Assembly (NCBI GenBank): GCA_951406725.2
Contig: OX597830.1
Location: 47,554,001-47,618,000, forward strand
DNA length: 64,000 bases
Direction of reading: 5' to 3'
Source: Octopus vulgaris
Taxonomy: Eukaryota
The notes beneath the pieces were generated by a model, which was not told where the DNA came from, did no database searches, and saw only the letters and a list, made by a program, of their open reading frames with translations. A program made the translations under genes and the position numbers. Of the stretch, positions 25,027-37,900 are shown piece by piece (the first letter of the stretch is position 1; each line of letters opens with the position of its first letter).

Positions 25027-25640
25027 CTGGGGTGATGGGAGAACGGAGTGTGTGAATTACAACAGAATATTTTTAAACTGCTTTATGTTGATTTCTTTAT
25101 TAAAATTCTAAACTAACATCATGGAATTACGGGTAGTATTGAGAAAGCTGGTGAAGGCTCGTGGCCTAGTTAGTCGTGGTGTAGCACTTACGATCACCAG
25201 GTCGTGCATTCGATTCCCGGACTGAGCAGCGCATTGTGTTCTTGAGCAAAGCCCTTCATTTCAAGTTGCCCCAGTCCACTTAGCTGCAAATGGCTAGCCC
25301 TACAACGGAATAGCCTTCCAATCAGAAGGAAATGCCGGCCTGCTCACTTAACCAGCAGGGGCGGCAGCAATCGAAAGCTAAAACAATAGGGAGCGCATTG
25401 TGACCAGCGAGGTATAACGACATCCGATTGTCTGGTCGATCATACGATTAATTAAATCTACGATGAACTTCACGTAATTTAATTAAAACTTATTCTTAAC
25501 AAGTCAAGAGATGACAGCAGTATTCATTCTGACAGGTAGTGTTTAACGCCACCTAGATACGGCTGTCCCCTTGGAACCAATGATACTGCTATTTTTAACC
25601 CCAGGAGGACACCTCACCCAGCTGATTATGCACTCTTCAC

Positions 25641-25708
<68 letters not shown>

Positions 25709-25935
25709 CATACATACACAGACATACATACATATATAACGAATATATATATATGATCCGGTATCTAGACTGATATATATGAGGGCTTCGATATGTCCCG
25801 TCCGTATATATTTATGTATCGTCTTTTACAGTGTTTTGCGTTCTTGTCCCAGTTTGTATTTAAATATACATATAATAATAATATATATAAATATATATAC
25901 ATACATACACATACATACATATATAAATATAAATA

Positions 25936-26001
<66 letters not shown>

Positions 26002-26165
26002 TTTATTTCACGTTGTTCCAGTTCACTAGCTGTAGAAATGAGTTGCACTGGTGCCAAGCTGTATATATAACATGGTGGCGTGGATATATATATAAACATA
26101 TATATATAGGGTAACTTTCATATATTTATATACAAGGGTATATATATATACATATATTTATATAC

Positions 26166-26234
<69 letters not shown>

Positions 26235-26509
26235 TAGCAGAGATACTTGGCATTGCTTGGGAATAAAATGGCATAGTTATGTTGAAAGATGTGAAACGGG
26301 AAAGTGCCACATTGAAGACAAAACATTTGTGGAGTAAATGATTTGCTAACTCTTCTAAGCGGCACGTCATGCGTCCGTTTGGAGGATACCAGGCTTTAAC
26401 CTGTGATGGAAAAATGGTGGTGGTGGTGGTGGAATTGGATTTTTGAATGCACTGAAAAGCTGTCTGTGAGTGCTGTAGAGTGCTTTCAGCATACCGCTGG
26501 GGAAGCTAC

Positions 26510-27834
26510 GTGTGAATGTGCCGGATAGGTTCTTTAACCCCGAAGACACACATTGTGAAATGGCAACTATTGATAACTTCAACATAGAGGAAACTGATGT
26601 GACATCAGCCATTGAAGAGCTGAGCTCGAACTCGGCAACGGGCTCTGGTGGATTCCCTGCAATCCTCCTAAATAAATGTAAAAGAGCTGTAGCTAGATTG
26701 CTTCAAATCCTTTTCCAGGAGTCCCTCAGGATGGGGAAACTCCCCAGAAAACTAAAAGAGGGAATAATATGCCCTATCCATAAGGGAAAAAGCAGGGCAG
26801 AGGCTAGGAATTATGGATCTGTCTCTCTGACCTCCCACGTCAGTAACGTCATGGATGGAACGCATTGTCAGGAAGAGACGTATTGAGTTCCTTGAGGACA
26901 ATGACCTGCTCTCTGATACCCAACATGGCTTTCGCCCGGGAAGGAGCTGTCTTACACAGCTTCTGCGACACTATGACTGGGTACTGAAGCAATTAATGAA
27001 CTGCTCAAAGGTGGATTTGGTATACCTCGACTTTGCGAAGGCATTTGACAAGGTCTACCATGGAATGATATGCCACAAAATACGTGGACTCGGCATCACA
27101 GGTAAAGTCGGAGAGTGGCTGCATGATTTCCCGAAGGACAGGAGCCAAACTGTAGCAGCCAACGGAGCTCTCTCCACAGAGACAACGATAGTGAGTGGAA
27201 TGCCCCAGGGCACTGTGCTGGGGCCACTGCTTTTCATGGTAGCCCTATCGGATATGCCATCAGTGACAGAGGCAGCCATGCTTACCAGCTATGCTGACGA
27301 CACAAAAGTCGCACAGTCAGTCAAGGAAACCTCTGATGCTATGCTCTTACAGAAAGATCTAGATGCCATCTATACATGGGCTGAGGATTACAACATGCAA
27401 TTTAATGCAAGTAAATTCCAGGCCCTCCGCTACCAGTTAAGCACTGCTCAGGAATCATGACATCAGTATGTTGGACCAAGTGGAGCAACGATCCCAGAAT
27501 CAAATACGGTGTGTGATCTTGGAATAGAAATGAACAACAATGCCTCATTTCACACACGTCAACAAAATGGTAGCAGCATCCAGAAGACTGGCTGGTTGGA
27601 TTCTGAGAACCTTCTAGACAAGGGACCAAGAAACTATGATGACAGTATGGAAGTCATTTATCCCCAGTCACCTGGACTACAGCTTTCAGCTATGGTACAA
27701 GGACGATAGCAGAGCTTGAAGCAGTCCAACGACATTACACAAAGAAAATTGCATCAATGGAACGACTGAGCTACTAGGACAGATTGACAGAGCTACAACT
27801 CTGTTCCCTGGGATGAAGGCGAGAGAGGTATGCA

Positions 27835-27875
<41 letters not shown>

Positions 27876-28220
27876 GAGATACTGGAAGGACTGGTACCAA
27901 ACTTTGGAATAAGAGCTATACCAGACCACGAACAGGACGTTACTGTGCTGTCCCCACTGTGCCGACTGCTTCATCTCGGGCAAGGACGATGTGCTGCAAC
28001 AGCTTGGGTTTCAAGGGCCCACGGCTGTTTAACTGTCCGCCGAAGGATCTGAGGAGACTCCATGGAGTGGATGTAGACGTTTTCAAACGTGAACTTGACC
28101 TCTGGCTCGCCGAGATCCCGGATGAGCCAATATCTAAGCAAGAAACTCAAAAGAGGGCAGTAACATCGAACTCCATCCTTCACCAGAAGCCGCTCCGACA
28201 AAGGTGGAATGTGGAAAGAT
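26510..28220 (+). pseudogene. 5'-truncated, frameshifted CR1/L2-group LINE reverse transcriptase
   Basis: Motifs QHGFRPGRSCLTQL, YLDFAKAFDKV, SGMPQGTVLGPLLF, YADDTK, DLGI and GPRLFN spread over several frames; (TA)n expansion at 27838-27872. Confidence 0.92.
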
Positions 28221-28805
28221 GAGTATAATGGCGGTGCTCCAGCATGGCCACAGTCATTGGACTGAAACATATAAAAGAAAACACACACACATATGTATGT
28301 GTGTGTGGCTGTCCCCTCACCACTGCTTGACAACCGGTGTTGGCGTGTTACGTTCCCGTAATCTAGCGGTTCGGCAAAAGCGACCGATATTATTGGTACC
28401 AAGCTTAAAAAAAAAAAATCCTGCGGTCGATTCTACAAACAATTCTTCAAGGTGGTGCTGCAGCATGGCCGCAGTCTAATGCTTGAAACAAGTAAAAGGT
28501 AAAAAAAAATATGTGTGTGTGTGTGTGTGTGTGTAGTGAGTAGAAAGAAAAAAAAATCGGTTAACTGAGTTTCTCCTAGTAAGTTCCAACAACTTGAACA
28601 GTTATCGTCGACACTGACGGAGGATCTATTTACTGCTGTGAGTACACGGGTGTGAGATAAAGCATTTATTTGAGTGGGTGGCAGCGACCACGAAGCAGCG
28701 CGATGGCGGACCGAAGCAGTCACGGGGGGGTGGGGGGGAAGAAAAGAAAGAAAGAAACAAATAAGAGAAACAAACGAATAAAACAAAAAAAAAGTGGGTG
28801 TGCTG

Positions 28806-28864
28806 TGTCACATGACATCGTGACGTCATGTCTTATCCGGAAGTGTAGGTTTCACAAAATGGCC
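28806..28864 (+). promoter_or_regulatory. Compact housekeeping-type promoter of ZC3H3
   Basis: GTCACATGAC (E/M-box-like, 28807), TGACGTCA (CRE, 28821), CCGGAAGT (ETS, 28837), AAAATGGC (YY1-like, overlapping the ATG); a second YY1 motif CGCCATTTT at 29019. Confidence 0.65.
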
Positions 28865-29483
28865 GAGCAACCTGGTTTGTCTTTGGAATTCCAAGACGTG
28901 AAGATTCTCAAACAAGAAATCTCCAAACTTTCAGGTAAAACAACCAAACATATACACACACACATAAATACAGAACAAACAGAAAACACAAATATTTATT
29001 TACTTATATTTTGGTAAACGCCATTTTGTTATAGAAACAATGTTTTGTTTGTTTTTTATTCCTAAAAATGGTTTCGAAAATTTTTATTCTTTAAAATTAA
29101 TGGCAAAAAACCCCCAAAATAATTACAAAATATTAACGAAAACCTGTATTAGATCTTTTTAAAAAAATTGTTTTTAGTAATCATATTTTTAGATACAAGA
29201 AAATCTTTGCTTTTTGGGTTTTTTCATGCTTAAATATAAACACTTATTTTTAAATATACAATTCTTCCAAATTTCTCCCAAAATTTTCTAAACTCGCCTT
29301 ATTATTATTATTATTACTATTTTATATATATTTTCCCACACTCAATTTTCTGTTATAAACCTGGGCAGCGTTGCTGAAAACTGCGTCTTTTGATTCCTTG
29401 TTTAATAAATTGTTCATTTTTGTTAAATTCTCCTGAGTGAAAAAAGAAAAATGTATAGCTTCTCTTAGTGAAAGTCAACTCCT

Positions 29484-29522
<39 letters not shown>

Positions 29523-32500
29523 CCTTCACCCGTTTAATACAATGTATGAGTTAACTGCATTGCAATTAAAAACATTTGTGTATTAAGAATCTGGGTACTT
29601 AACCAACAGTATATTGGATAAATACTATCCCTTAGTGGGTTACACCCATATCACCTATCTTACTTTGTACTATATATATATATATAAAACTGTGTATGTG
29701 TGTGTCATTTGTTCATATTACTACTGGGAGTAAAAAGACTGTTGAATTTGGCAAGATTATTCTGGGTGGAGTTTGAATTAAGCTCTTTTTATAAATTAGT
29801 TCTTCATGTCACGGTTGAATTAAATCCTCAAATCTGTTTGGTTTTAAGTTGTTTTCAGTAAATCAGGAAAAGTGCTTTGGTTTCCTGGAAGACCGAATTG
29901 TTAAGTGTCAATAGATGTAGCTGGGCAATAAGTAAAAAGATATGAATAATTAAGTTGTATATTCTTATATTTCAACCCGAATGAATCAGTAAATAATTAT
30001 TTAAATGAGTTTAGCCGTTGTTTGGACTTCTTTGACCGATGTATTCCAGCCATGACCAACTCTGGGTTGTTTTTCCCATCTACACAACCCAGAAGCACAA
30101 TTGACTGACGTGTGTCTCTTTTGAAAATTGTTGTGACGTTTGGGAAATTTGGCTGCTATTTTTAGCTGGTCTAACCACATCTATTCCTTCGGCGCCTGTG
30201 TGTGTGTGCGTGTTGTATATTTGTTTAGCTCGAAGTCGACCTTATTTAGATTCCCAGGTATTTCTGTTCTAACCAATCCATTCTTCGCCCCCTCCTCGTA
30301 CTATGAGAGAGATTTCGCTGTTATTTCTAGCAATTTCAGCTACCATGCAGAGGTTCCTCGGTTGGTCTGTGTGTATCCTAAAACACCGTCCGTCTCTGGT
30401 TTTTCAAACCTTTGTGTCCGATGAGTTTAGCAGCCGCCGTCCTATCTTCTCTCTCTCTCTCTCACACACAATAAAGTACATGCTACCTCATTAATCAAGT
30501 ATTGTGGTTTGAACGAGTTTTGCTTGCTGACTTTCAAACAGGTGGAGCAACAACTATGTTAAAAATCCTTCACCTCATTTATCAGCAAAAAACGTCTCTC
30601 TTTATCACTGTCTCGATTTAAATGATAATGAAATTATTGTATACACTGCTCAGGTGCACCACGCTGTATTATTTTGTGCATTCATCTTCTCTTAAATCAC
30701 AACCAAATTTGTTGACTTTTCTCTGCCAACTCCATTCGATATTAGAAAGATGGTTGCTTTGTTAAAGAATAGCTTAATGGCTTAAGTAGTTTTATAGGTT
30801 CAGTACTTCCTTGTTTATAAAATATTCTAGTCGGCCCATCCTTTTATTTTTTTTCCAAATATTTTCAGAATATAAAATTTATAAAAGACTTTAAATTAAA
30901 GAAGAAATTAGTTAAGTAAAAATGTGTTCAAGGTTGCATAACTTATTTCTCTCCTCGTTTCCATGATTTTTATAATTTCAGTTGTAACATCTTCGATGAA
31001 TTTTGGAAATAAGCCCCAGTCCTTTAATTCTTTTCGTGTTTGCAGACTCGCTATATCTATCCTACGTTTTTAAACTTGTAATTTAGAAAGAAGAAAAAAA
31101 TAATAATCGAAAAAAGGTTGAAAAGAAGCAGTTTACAAACAGCCTGTTATATAATTAGAAACAAATTATGGGATGTGAATAGGTTCATTAAAAAAACCGA
31201 ATTCGTGAAAACGATGCTTCCTGTAGTCGTAATTTTTGTATAAAAATGAGTTCTGAAAAATAGTGTTCAAGAAAACAAAATGACAAAAACAGAGATGACC
31301 TTCTTGTATAGTTAAAAAAAAAAAAGTGGCGATGTGTGTTGGGAAGGAATTGGCGAAAAGATTCTAAAATAAATATGAAAAGAATCGTTATCTCCGATGT
31401 TTAAAGCAGGGGAAACTGAAATTAAGAAGTTCGAAAGGCAGGGCACATATCCTGGGCTGGCTGTTTTTATAATGGTCCTATTTTAGTAACATAAAAAGGG
31501 GGGAAAAAACAAAAATATACAAGATGTGAAATAAGTCAAAGTACGAACGATGAAATGAACTTGTACTACTACTACATACATTGTGTGTCTGTGTGTACAC
31601 ACACAAACTGTTGCAAGAACACCACCTCCTCATTGTTTTATTGTTTCAATGACTTTCTAAAATAGGAAGTAACGCAAAGGCGTTCCAACTTTGGCCATCC
31701 AGTCAATACATCGTCTGCATACAATATATATCTATTAATATACTTTTAGAATTTTACTTGTTTCAGTAACACACTATCATGTAAAATGATTTCACACACA
31801 CAAATATTCACAACAGGCTTCTTTCAGTTTCTGTCGATGAAATCCACTCTGAAGACTTTGGTTGGCCTTGGGGCTAGAGTAGAAGATTGTTTGTCCCAAG
31901 GTGCCATATAGTAGGACTGAACCCTAACACATGTGGTTGCAAGTTGAACTTCTTAAATCACTTAGTCATACCTTTGCCTTTTAAATGATATACTGATTGG
32001 ATGGTCATGGCTGGAAAGTTTTTATGTAATTTTAAAATAATTCATAACATTTTCTTGATTTTAGTTTATGAAAATATCCCAAAATAAAACGAAAAGTAGT
32101 TTACGTCAATGATTTATTAAAAATATACATTGTCAGATGAAAAAAAAAAAAGGTGAATTAGAAAAGAATTTCCCATGTTTACATAAGTTGGGTGTGGAAG
32201 TTTTCATCCAGAAGAAATTATTTGTGGAATTCTCTGATGAGAGAGAAAAATAGAATTGGAAATATGACACAGCTTTAAAATATTTGCATTTATAAAATCT
32301 CATGTTGAAAATTTCTTGAAATGGTCCCAATAAATTCAAATAAAAGAATGGATTTCTGTTACATTTATTTTTTTTTCTTTGAGTTTTAAAAAGCATTTAG
32401 CTCTTTTAACCATTTTCAACTAATCATTTATCATGTGGCTTTGAGGTTTCAATGATGTGGTTGTATATTTTTGAAATGACATTGTAGAGTAGGTATGAGA

Positions 32501-34905
32501 GGCAGGATCTAACCAGTTGTCCAGAATAATGCAGAGTATAGGTCATTAACAGTTAATCATAGCATGCATTTGTTTTGTATTGTGTTTATGACTTGTTCCC
32601 AGGTCAACTTCTAGAATGTTCTACTTTCTCATCCCATTCCTTTCTGATAAAAGAAGCCTCCACCACACACAGTCAGACAATCTCTAACTTTGTTTCATTT
32701 TGTTTAGGTTTGATCCAAAAAGAAAAACAAAGAAGAGCATTAAGCACTTGCCAGGGTAACACCTTAAGTTTTTCTCGATTTTCTAATCGTTTTACGAAAT
32801 CTTCTCCCACTCCAACCTTGCCCACCAAAACATTCAGGTCTGGTACCTACTCCAGAATGTGTTATTTGAATTCAAAACTGACACAGGCGAAACCCAATCA
32901 AACTTACCAAAACTCCGCTTCAACCTCAAAGACTGTTGTTTCTAATAATTACTCCAATACTCTTCAGTCGCATTCCCTTTCTTCCAAGTTTTCATATCCT
33001 TTCAAATCAAAGAATTCGTATTCTATGTCAACCAAAATTCCCTGTTCATCGTCTCCATCAGCATCATCATCACAAAGTAATAATGAAGTATCGTCAACAT
33101 CATTACCATCACTGTCTTCACCCAATAAATCACTGAGTTTATTTGAAGCAAAATCCAAAATGGTTAAAAATGCTCAGGAAGATCTCATAAAAACTGAGGC
33201 CAAATTACAATGTTTAAAGACAACCTATGCTAAATTGTGTTCTTCAGCTCCATTCAGAACTGCTGCTTCTCAAAACACAAATGTTCAAGAAATTATTCAT
33301 CCTAAAGACACTGCAACTAAATCCATAACATCTCCAGTCAAAGAGAAACCTTCAGAGCCTTCTCCAAAACCTGTTGCTATTAAACAGCCAACTTGTTTCA
33401 AGAACACAACAAAAGCACATGCTATTAAACTGTCTCCAAAGACTTCTCACATTAAATCTGATGTTTCTCTCAAATCTTGGATTCGAATTCCATCTGCGAA
33501 AAAAGCCCCTCTCCTGCCTTCGTCATTGACTGTATTTCCTCAGCATTTCTCTTCTCAACACCTGTCTACAGTTCCACAGAAACCAGTTCCGCAATCCTCC
33601 AAAAGTCTCAAATCTCCGTTGGTGCAATGTCATCGGTATAAAATTGTCAGGAAGCCTGGTGTCAAGAAGCCGACGACGACTCCACTGCCTAAAAGTACCA
33701 AAATTCTTAAACAAAACAATCTTACAACACCATTTAAGCTAATCAAGAACCAGTCTGCCTCCTCTCCATCTTCCAGTTCAGTTAGTCTTCCACTGAGAAA
33801 GACAGGATATTCCTATTTTTCTTCAAAGAGCCTCTTGCGTGCAAGAGCTTTAAACCGAAATGCCAATTCTGTGATTGCCAAAGACTATAAAAAGAGGCTT
33901 GCTGCATTGTTAATTGATTTTGGCAAAGTTGCTTATCGCCCAAAGAAATTAGCTTCCAACAACTTATCCAAACAAAAGCTTGTCAATGGTGAGTATTTTC
34001 TTATAATTTTAAATCTTTTGACTTTCTTTTACCAAGCTGGCTGAAACCGGCTCTGGCTCTGTAGTACAAATGTTATGTTTTCATAAGTTTTGAATTAAAA
34101 TCTTTCACCAAACCTTAGTTGCAATTAATGTTCCTAACACTAACTTAATGATAACTAAGTTATTTTACTAAATTCTTTGTTATATTTTAAATAATTGAGA
34201 GGAAAACAGGGCATCTCAAAATAAATACAGTAACGAAAGGGTTAAAGTTTATTTTAAAAAAAATATCTCCACAGAATTTCTTCTTGTTAGCATTGATTTG
34301 ACCATTGTGCCAAACTGTTGATGTTTGCTGAACAAATTGGAGCAAAGAAACTGCTACCGGTACTTTTCATTAACCCCTCATTAATCTTTTTATTTTAATA
34401 AGTAAATCAAAATGAAAGAGTCAGTCCCTTGATCTTCTTAAACTATTCCAGAGTAACAAGTCACTCAGTTTAAATGTCACTCAATTTGCAGATTGAGGGC
34501 TGTTGGAAAAATAGGGGCAGGCTGAGAATTCCAGAAGACTTATAAAATCAGGGTGAAACAAAACTGGATAGCATGCAAGAGATGGGGGTTAGTCTGTGTG
34601 TAGATGTTAGTTGAGAGGAGCCCATCCCATTGTAGTAAATAATCATCCTCATCATTTAGCATCTGTTGTCCATGCTGGCATGGGTTGGACAGTTTGACCT
34701 GGGCTGGCACACTGGAAGGCTGCACCAGACTTCAGTCTGGTCTGGCATGATTTCTATGGCTGGACGCCCTTCCTAACACAAACCACTGAGTGTAATGGGC
34801 TCTTTTATGTGCCAGGAAATTGTATTTGTGCAGACTAGTAGCTGAAGCACATTGGTGAGGGAAGCTTTACTAATCAGTTGAATGGGTTTTTATTTTGATT
34901 GCTGT

Positions 34906-34940
<35 letters not shown>

Positions 34941-37900
34941 AACAGTATTTTTCTAATGTGAATCATAGTGTGAGTTTTGTTAAGGGGCAGCAAATGGTTA
35001 TTCTATATTGACGAATCTTAGCTTTTGTGAGGCAATTTTCTGAAATATTTGATAACCGTAAGAGATGATCCAGCACCATAACATCATGTATTTGTGGAGC
35101 TTTTAGATTTTTCATTTATTCCTGATTAACCCCAGGTGTTGCACTCCTGGGAGTCAGATAGTGGGTTTGATTTCTGCACCGGATGGTATGTTCTTGAGCA
35201 GAACTCATTCCATTCCATGTTGCTCTAGTTCTGTTTGGGGACCAGCATGTTAAAAGAATAGGCCGTGTTCCTTCTGCGTGCCATAAAAAGCAAATAAAAG
35301 AGATTGAGGTAAAAACGTTGTAAGGCCTCTACTAGCAACGACCGCCCAAAACAGCTGCATGGGTTGTTGCGTGAGTGGTGCTGAGGCCTCTTCTGTCAGC
35401 AGTGAAGAATCACCAACAAATGCTGGATGCAGCAGTGTACTGTTACAGTGCATACCCCTATACAACAACAACAACAACAACAACTCACAATCAAAGGCCC
35501 TCCTAACCAGGACTTCCTGGTTTTATTTTCTAAGGGTATCTAAGAACTCATTATCCACTGTATCCTTTCTTTTTTCCAGATGATGTGAAGTAAATTTGGT
35601 TAGTGTTCCTGTTAGGTTGAGCAACCATTTTAAAGGCTCCTTGCAGGTCTCCATTGTGAAGGTTTTAGATTTTTATGTCTTTTTGGAAACAGACTAGATC
35701 GTCTGTTTTGAAGTCACATTTGGACCTAATTATGTGTGTATATGTATGCACGTGTTTGTGTGTGTGTGTGTATACTGTAGTTTATAGACAGGTGTTCTCT
35801 ATATAGAATACACGCTCAAGAGGGTTGAACTTGAGCTGGTAGATGAGTAAATGTAATAAGAAGCAAGTTAGGCTATTCGATTTACACAGAATATTAAAAT
35901 ACATTTAATAGGAAAAAATGTACTTGGGTGCGGATATAAAATAGTCTGACTTATACAATATAATATATATATATACGGCAAATAAGTGGAGAGGATACGA
36001 AATCGACAGACATCAGCCGGTAGATATTCCAGTATCTCTATGCATTCCAATGTATTGGATTGATACACATGCATTAGTGGTACAGATTATCAAATAGAAA
36101 GAGTTGGTAATTTGTAATTGCAAAGACAAGAGTGTGGAAGCATATAAGCGTATAGGAACGAGTGATCAATTGAGCAAATTGTCTATAAAACTGAATGGGT
36201 GTGTAGGTGCCTACACACCCATTCGGTTTTGTAGACACTCGTTCCTATATGCTTCCACACTTTTGTTTTTGCAATTACCAATTACCAACTCTATTTGATA
36301 GTCTGTACCACTAATGCATGTGTATCAATCCAATACATTGGAATGAATAGACATACGGGAATATCTACCGACTGATGTCTGTCGATTTCGTATCCTCTCC
36401 ACTTTCTTATTTACCGTATATATATATCATCATCATCATCGTTTAACGTCCATTCTCCATGCTAGCATGGGTTGGACCGGGGATCTGGGAAGCCAGAAGG
36501 CTGCACCAGGCTCCAGTCTTATCTGGCAATGTTTCTACAGCTGGATGCCCTTCCTAACGCCAACCAGTCCGTGAGTGTAGTGGGTGCTTTTTACGTGCCA
36601 CCTGCACAGGTGCCAGGCGAGGCTGGCAACGGCCACGGTTGGATTGGTGTATTTTATGTGCCACCGGCATGGAAGCCAGTCGAGGCGGTGCTGGCATCGG
36701 CCACGATTCGGATGGTGCTTTTTACGTGCCACCGACACGGAAGCCAGTCGAGGTGGCACTGGCATCGGCCAGGCGCTGGCATATATATATATATATATAT
36801 TCTGTAAGTCGGACTATTTTATATCCAACCCATGGTAGCATGGAAGACATGTTAAATGATGATGTGATGTCTATTTATTGGTTCATGTTGAGATAAATGT
36901 AGAAGTATGTAGCCAGTAGTACTCCAAGCCAAAATTCTGCTGTTGTTTCTGTAGCTCCAAGTTTTAGTACTTAACCTCCTGGCACCACTCTCCCTCGTTA
37001 CCATTTATAACCTCAGAATTTGTGAGAACAGCTGCCATCATGTGTGTCTTCTTCCTTGCTCCTACATTAATTATTATTTAACAATTTAATACATCTTGCA
37101 TATATTTCAGATTGTAGAAGATACAGAATTTATGAGTATTCACAGCATTAAATCATTGATGACTATAATAATGATTAATTAAATTCTGATTGTCATCAAT
37201 AATTAATTAATGCTGTAGTTACTCATAACAATTAGGAGAGTCTTGGCATTTACTGTTTCATATCTCTTTGTCAGTAATTATCCAGGTACTTTAAGAATCT
37301 CTGACCCCATCTACTCTTGCTCATAAAATATTGATAATAAATCGATGACAGTGCCGCCTGATTGGCACTCGTGCTAGTGGAACGTTAAAAGCACATCCGA
37401 GCGTAATTGTTGCCAGGGTCACGGATTGGCTCCTGTGCCAGTGGCACGTAAAAAGCACCATTTGAGTGTGATCGTTGCCAGTGTCTCCCGTGCAGGTAGC
37501 ACGTAAAAAACACCTTTTGAGCCTGGTGATTATCAGAACTGCCTGACTGGCCTTCATGCCGGTGGCATGTAAAAGCACCCACTACAATCTTGGAGTGGCT
37601 GGCATTAGGGAGAGCATCCAGCTGTAGAAACTTTGCCAGATCAGATTGGTGCCTGGTGCAGCCTTCTGGCTCGCCACTCCTTGGTCAAACCGTCCAACCC
37701 ATGCTAGCATGGAAAGCGGACGTTAAATGACGACGATGATGATGATGAAACACATTGCATATTATTGATAATAATATTTTTAACATTTAATTTTTTTTCC
37801 ATTTCCAGTATCTGTTTGTCGTACACCAAGTAAGAAGACTCTTGGAAAAACCAATATCCCACCAAAGTTCAAGTGAGTCCTTTTTAAGTTGAAATTCTTG

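Noticed and set aside
32575-32707. 5' extension of the 489-aa ORF
   Set aside because: Intronic; the acceptor at 32707 matches the exon 1 phase and restores the conserved ...LSGLI motif.
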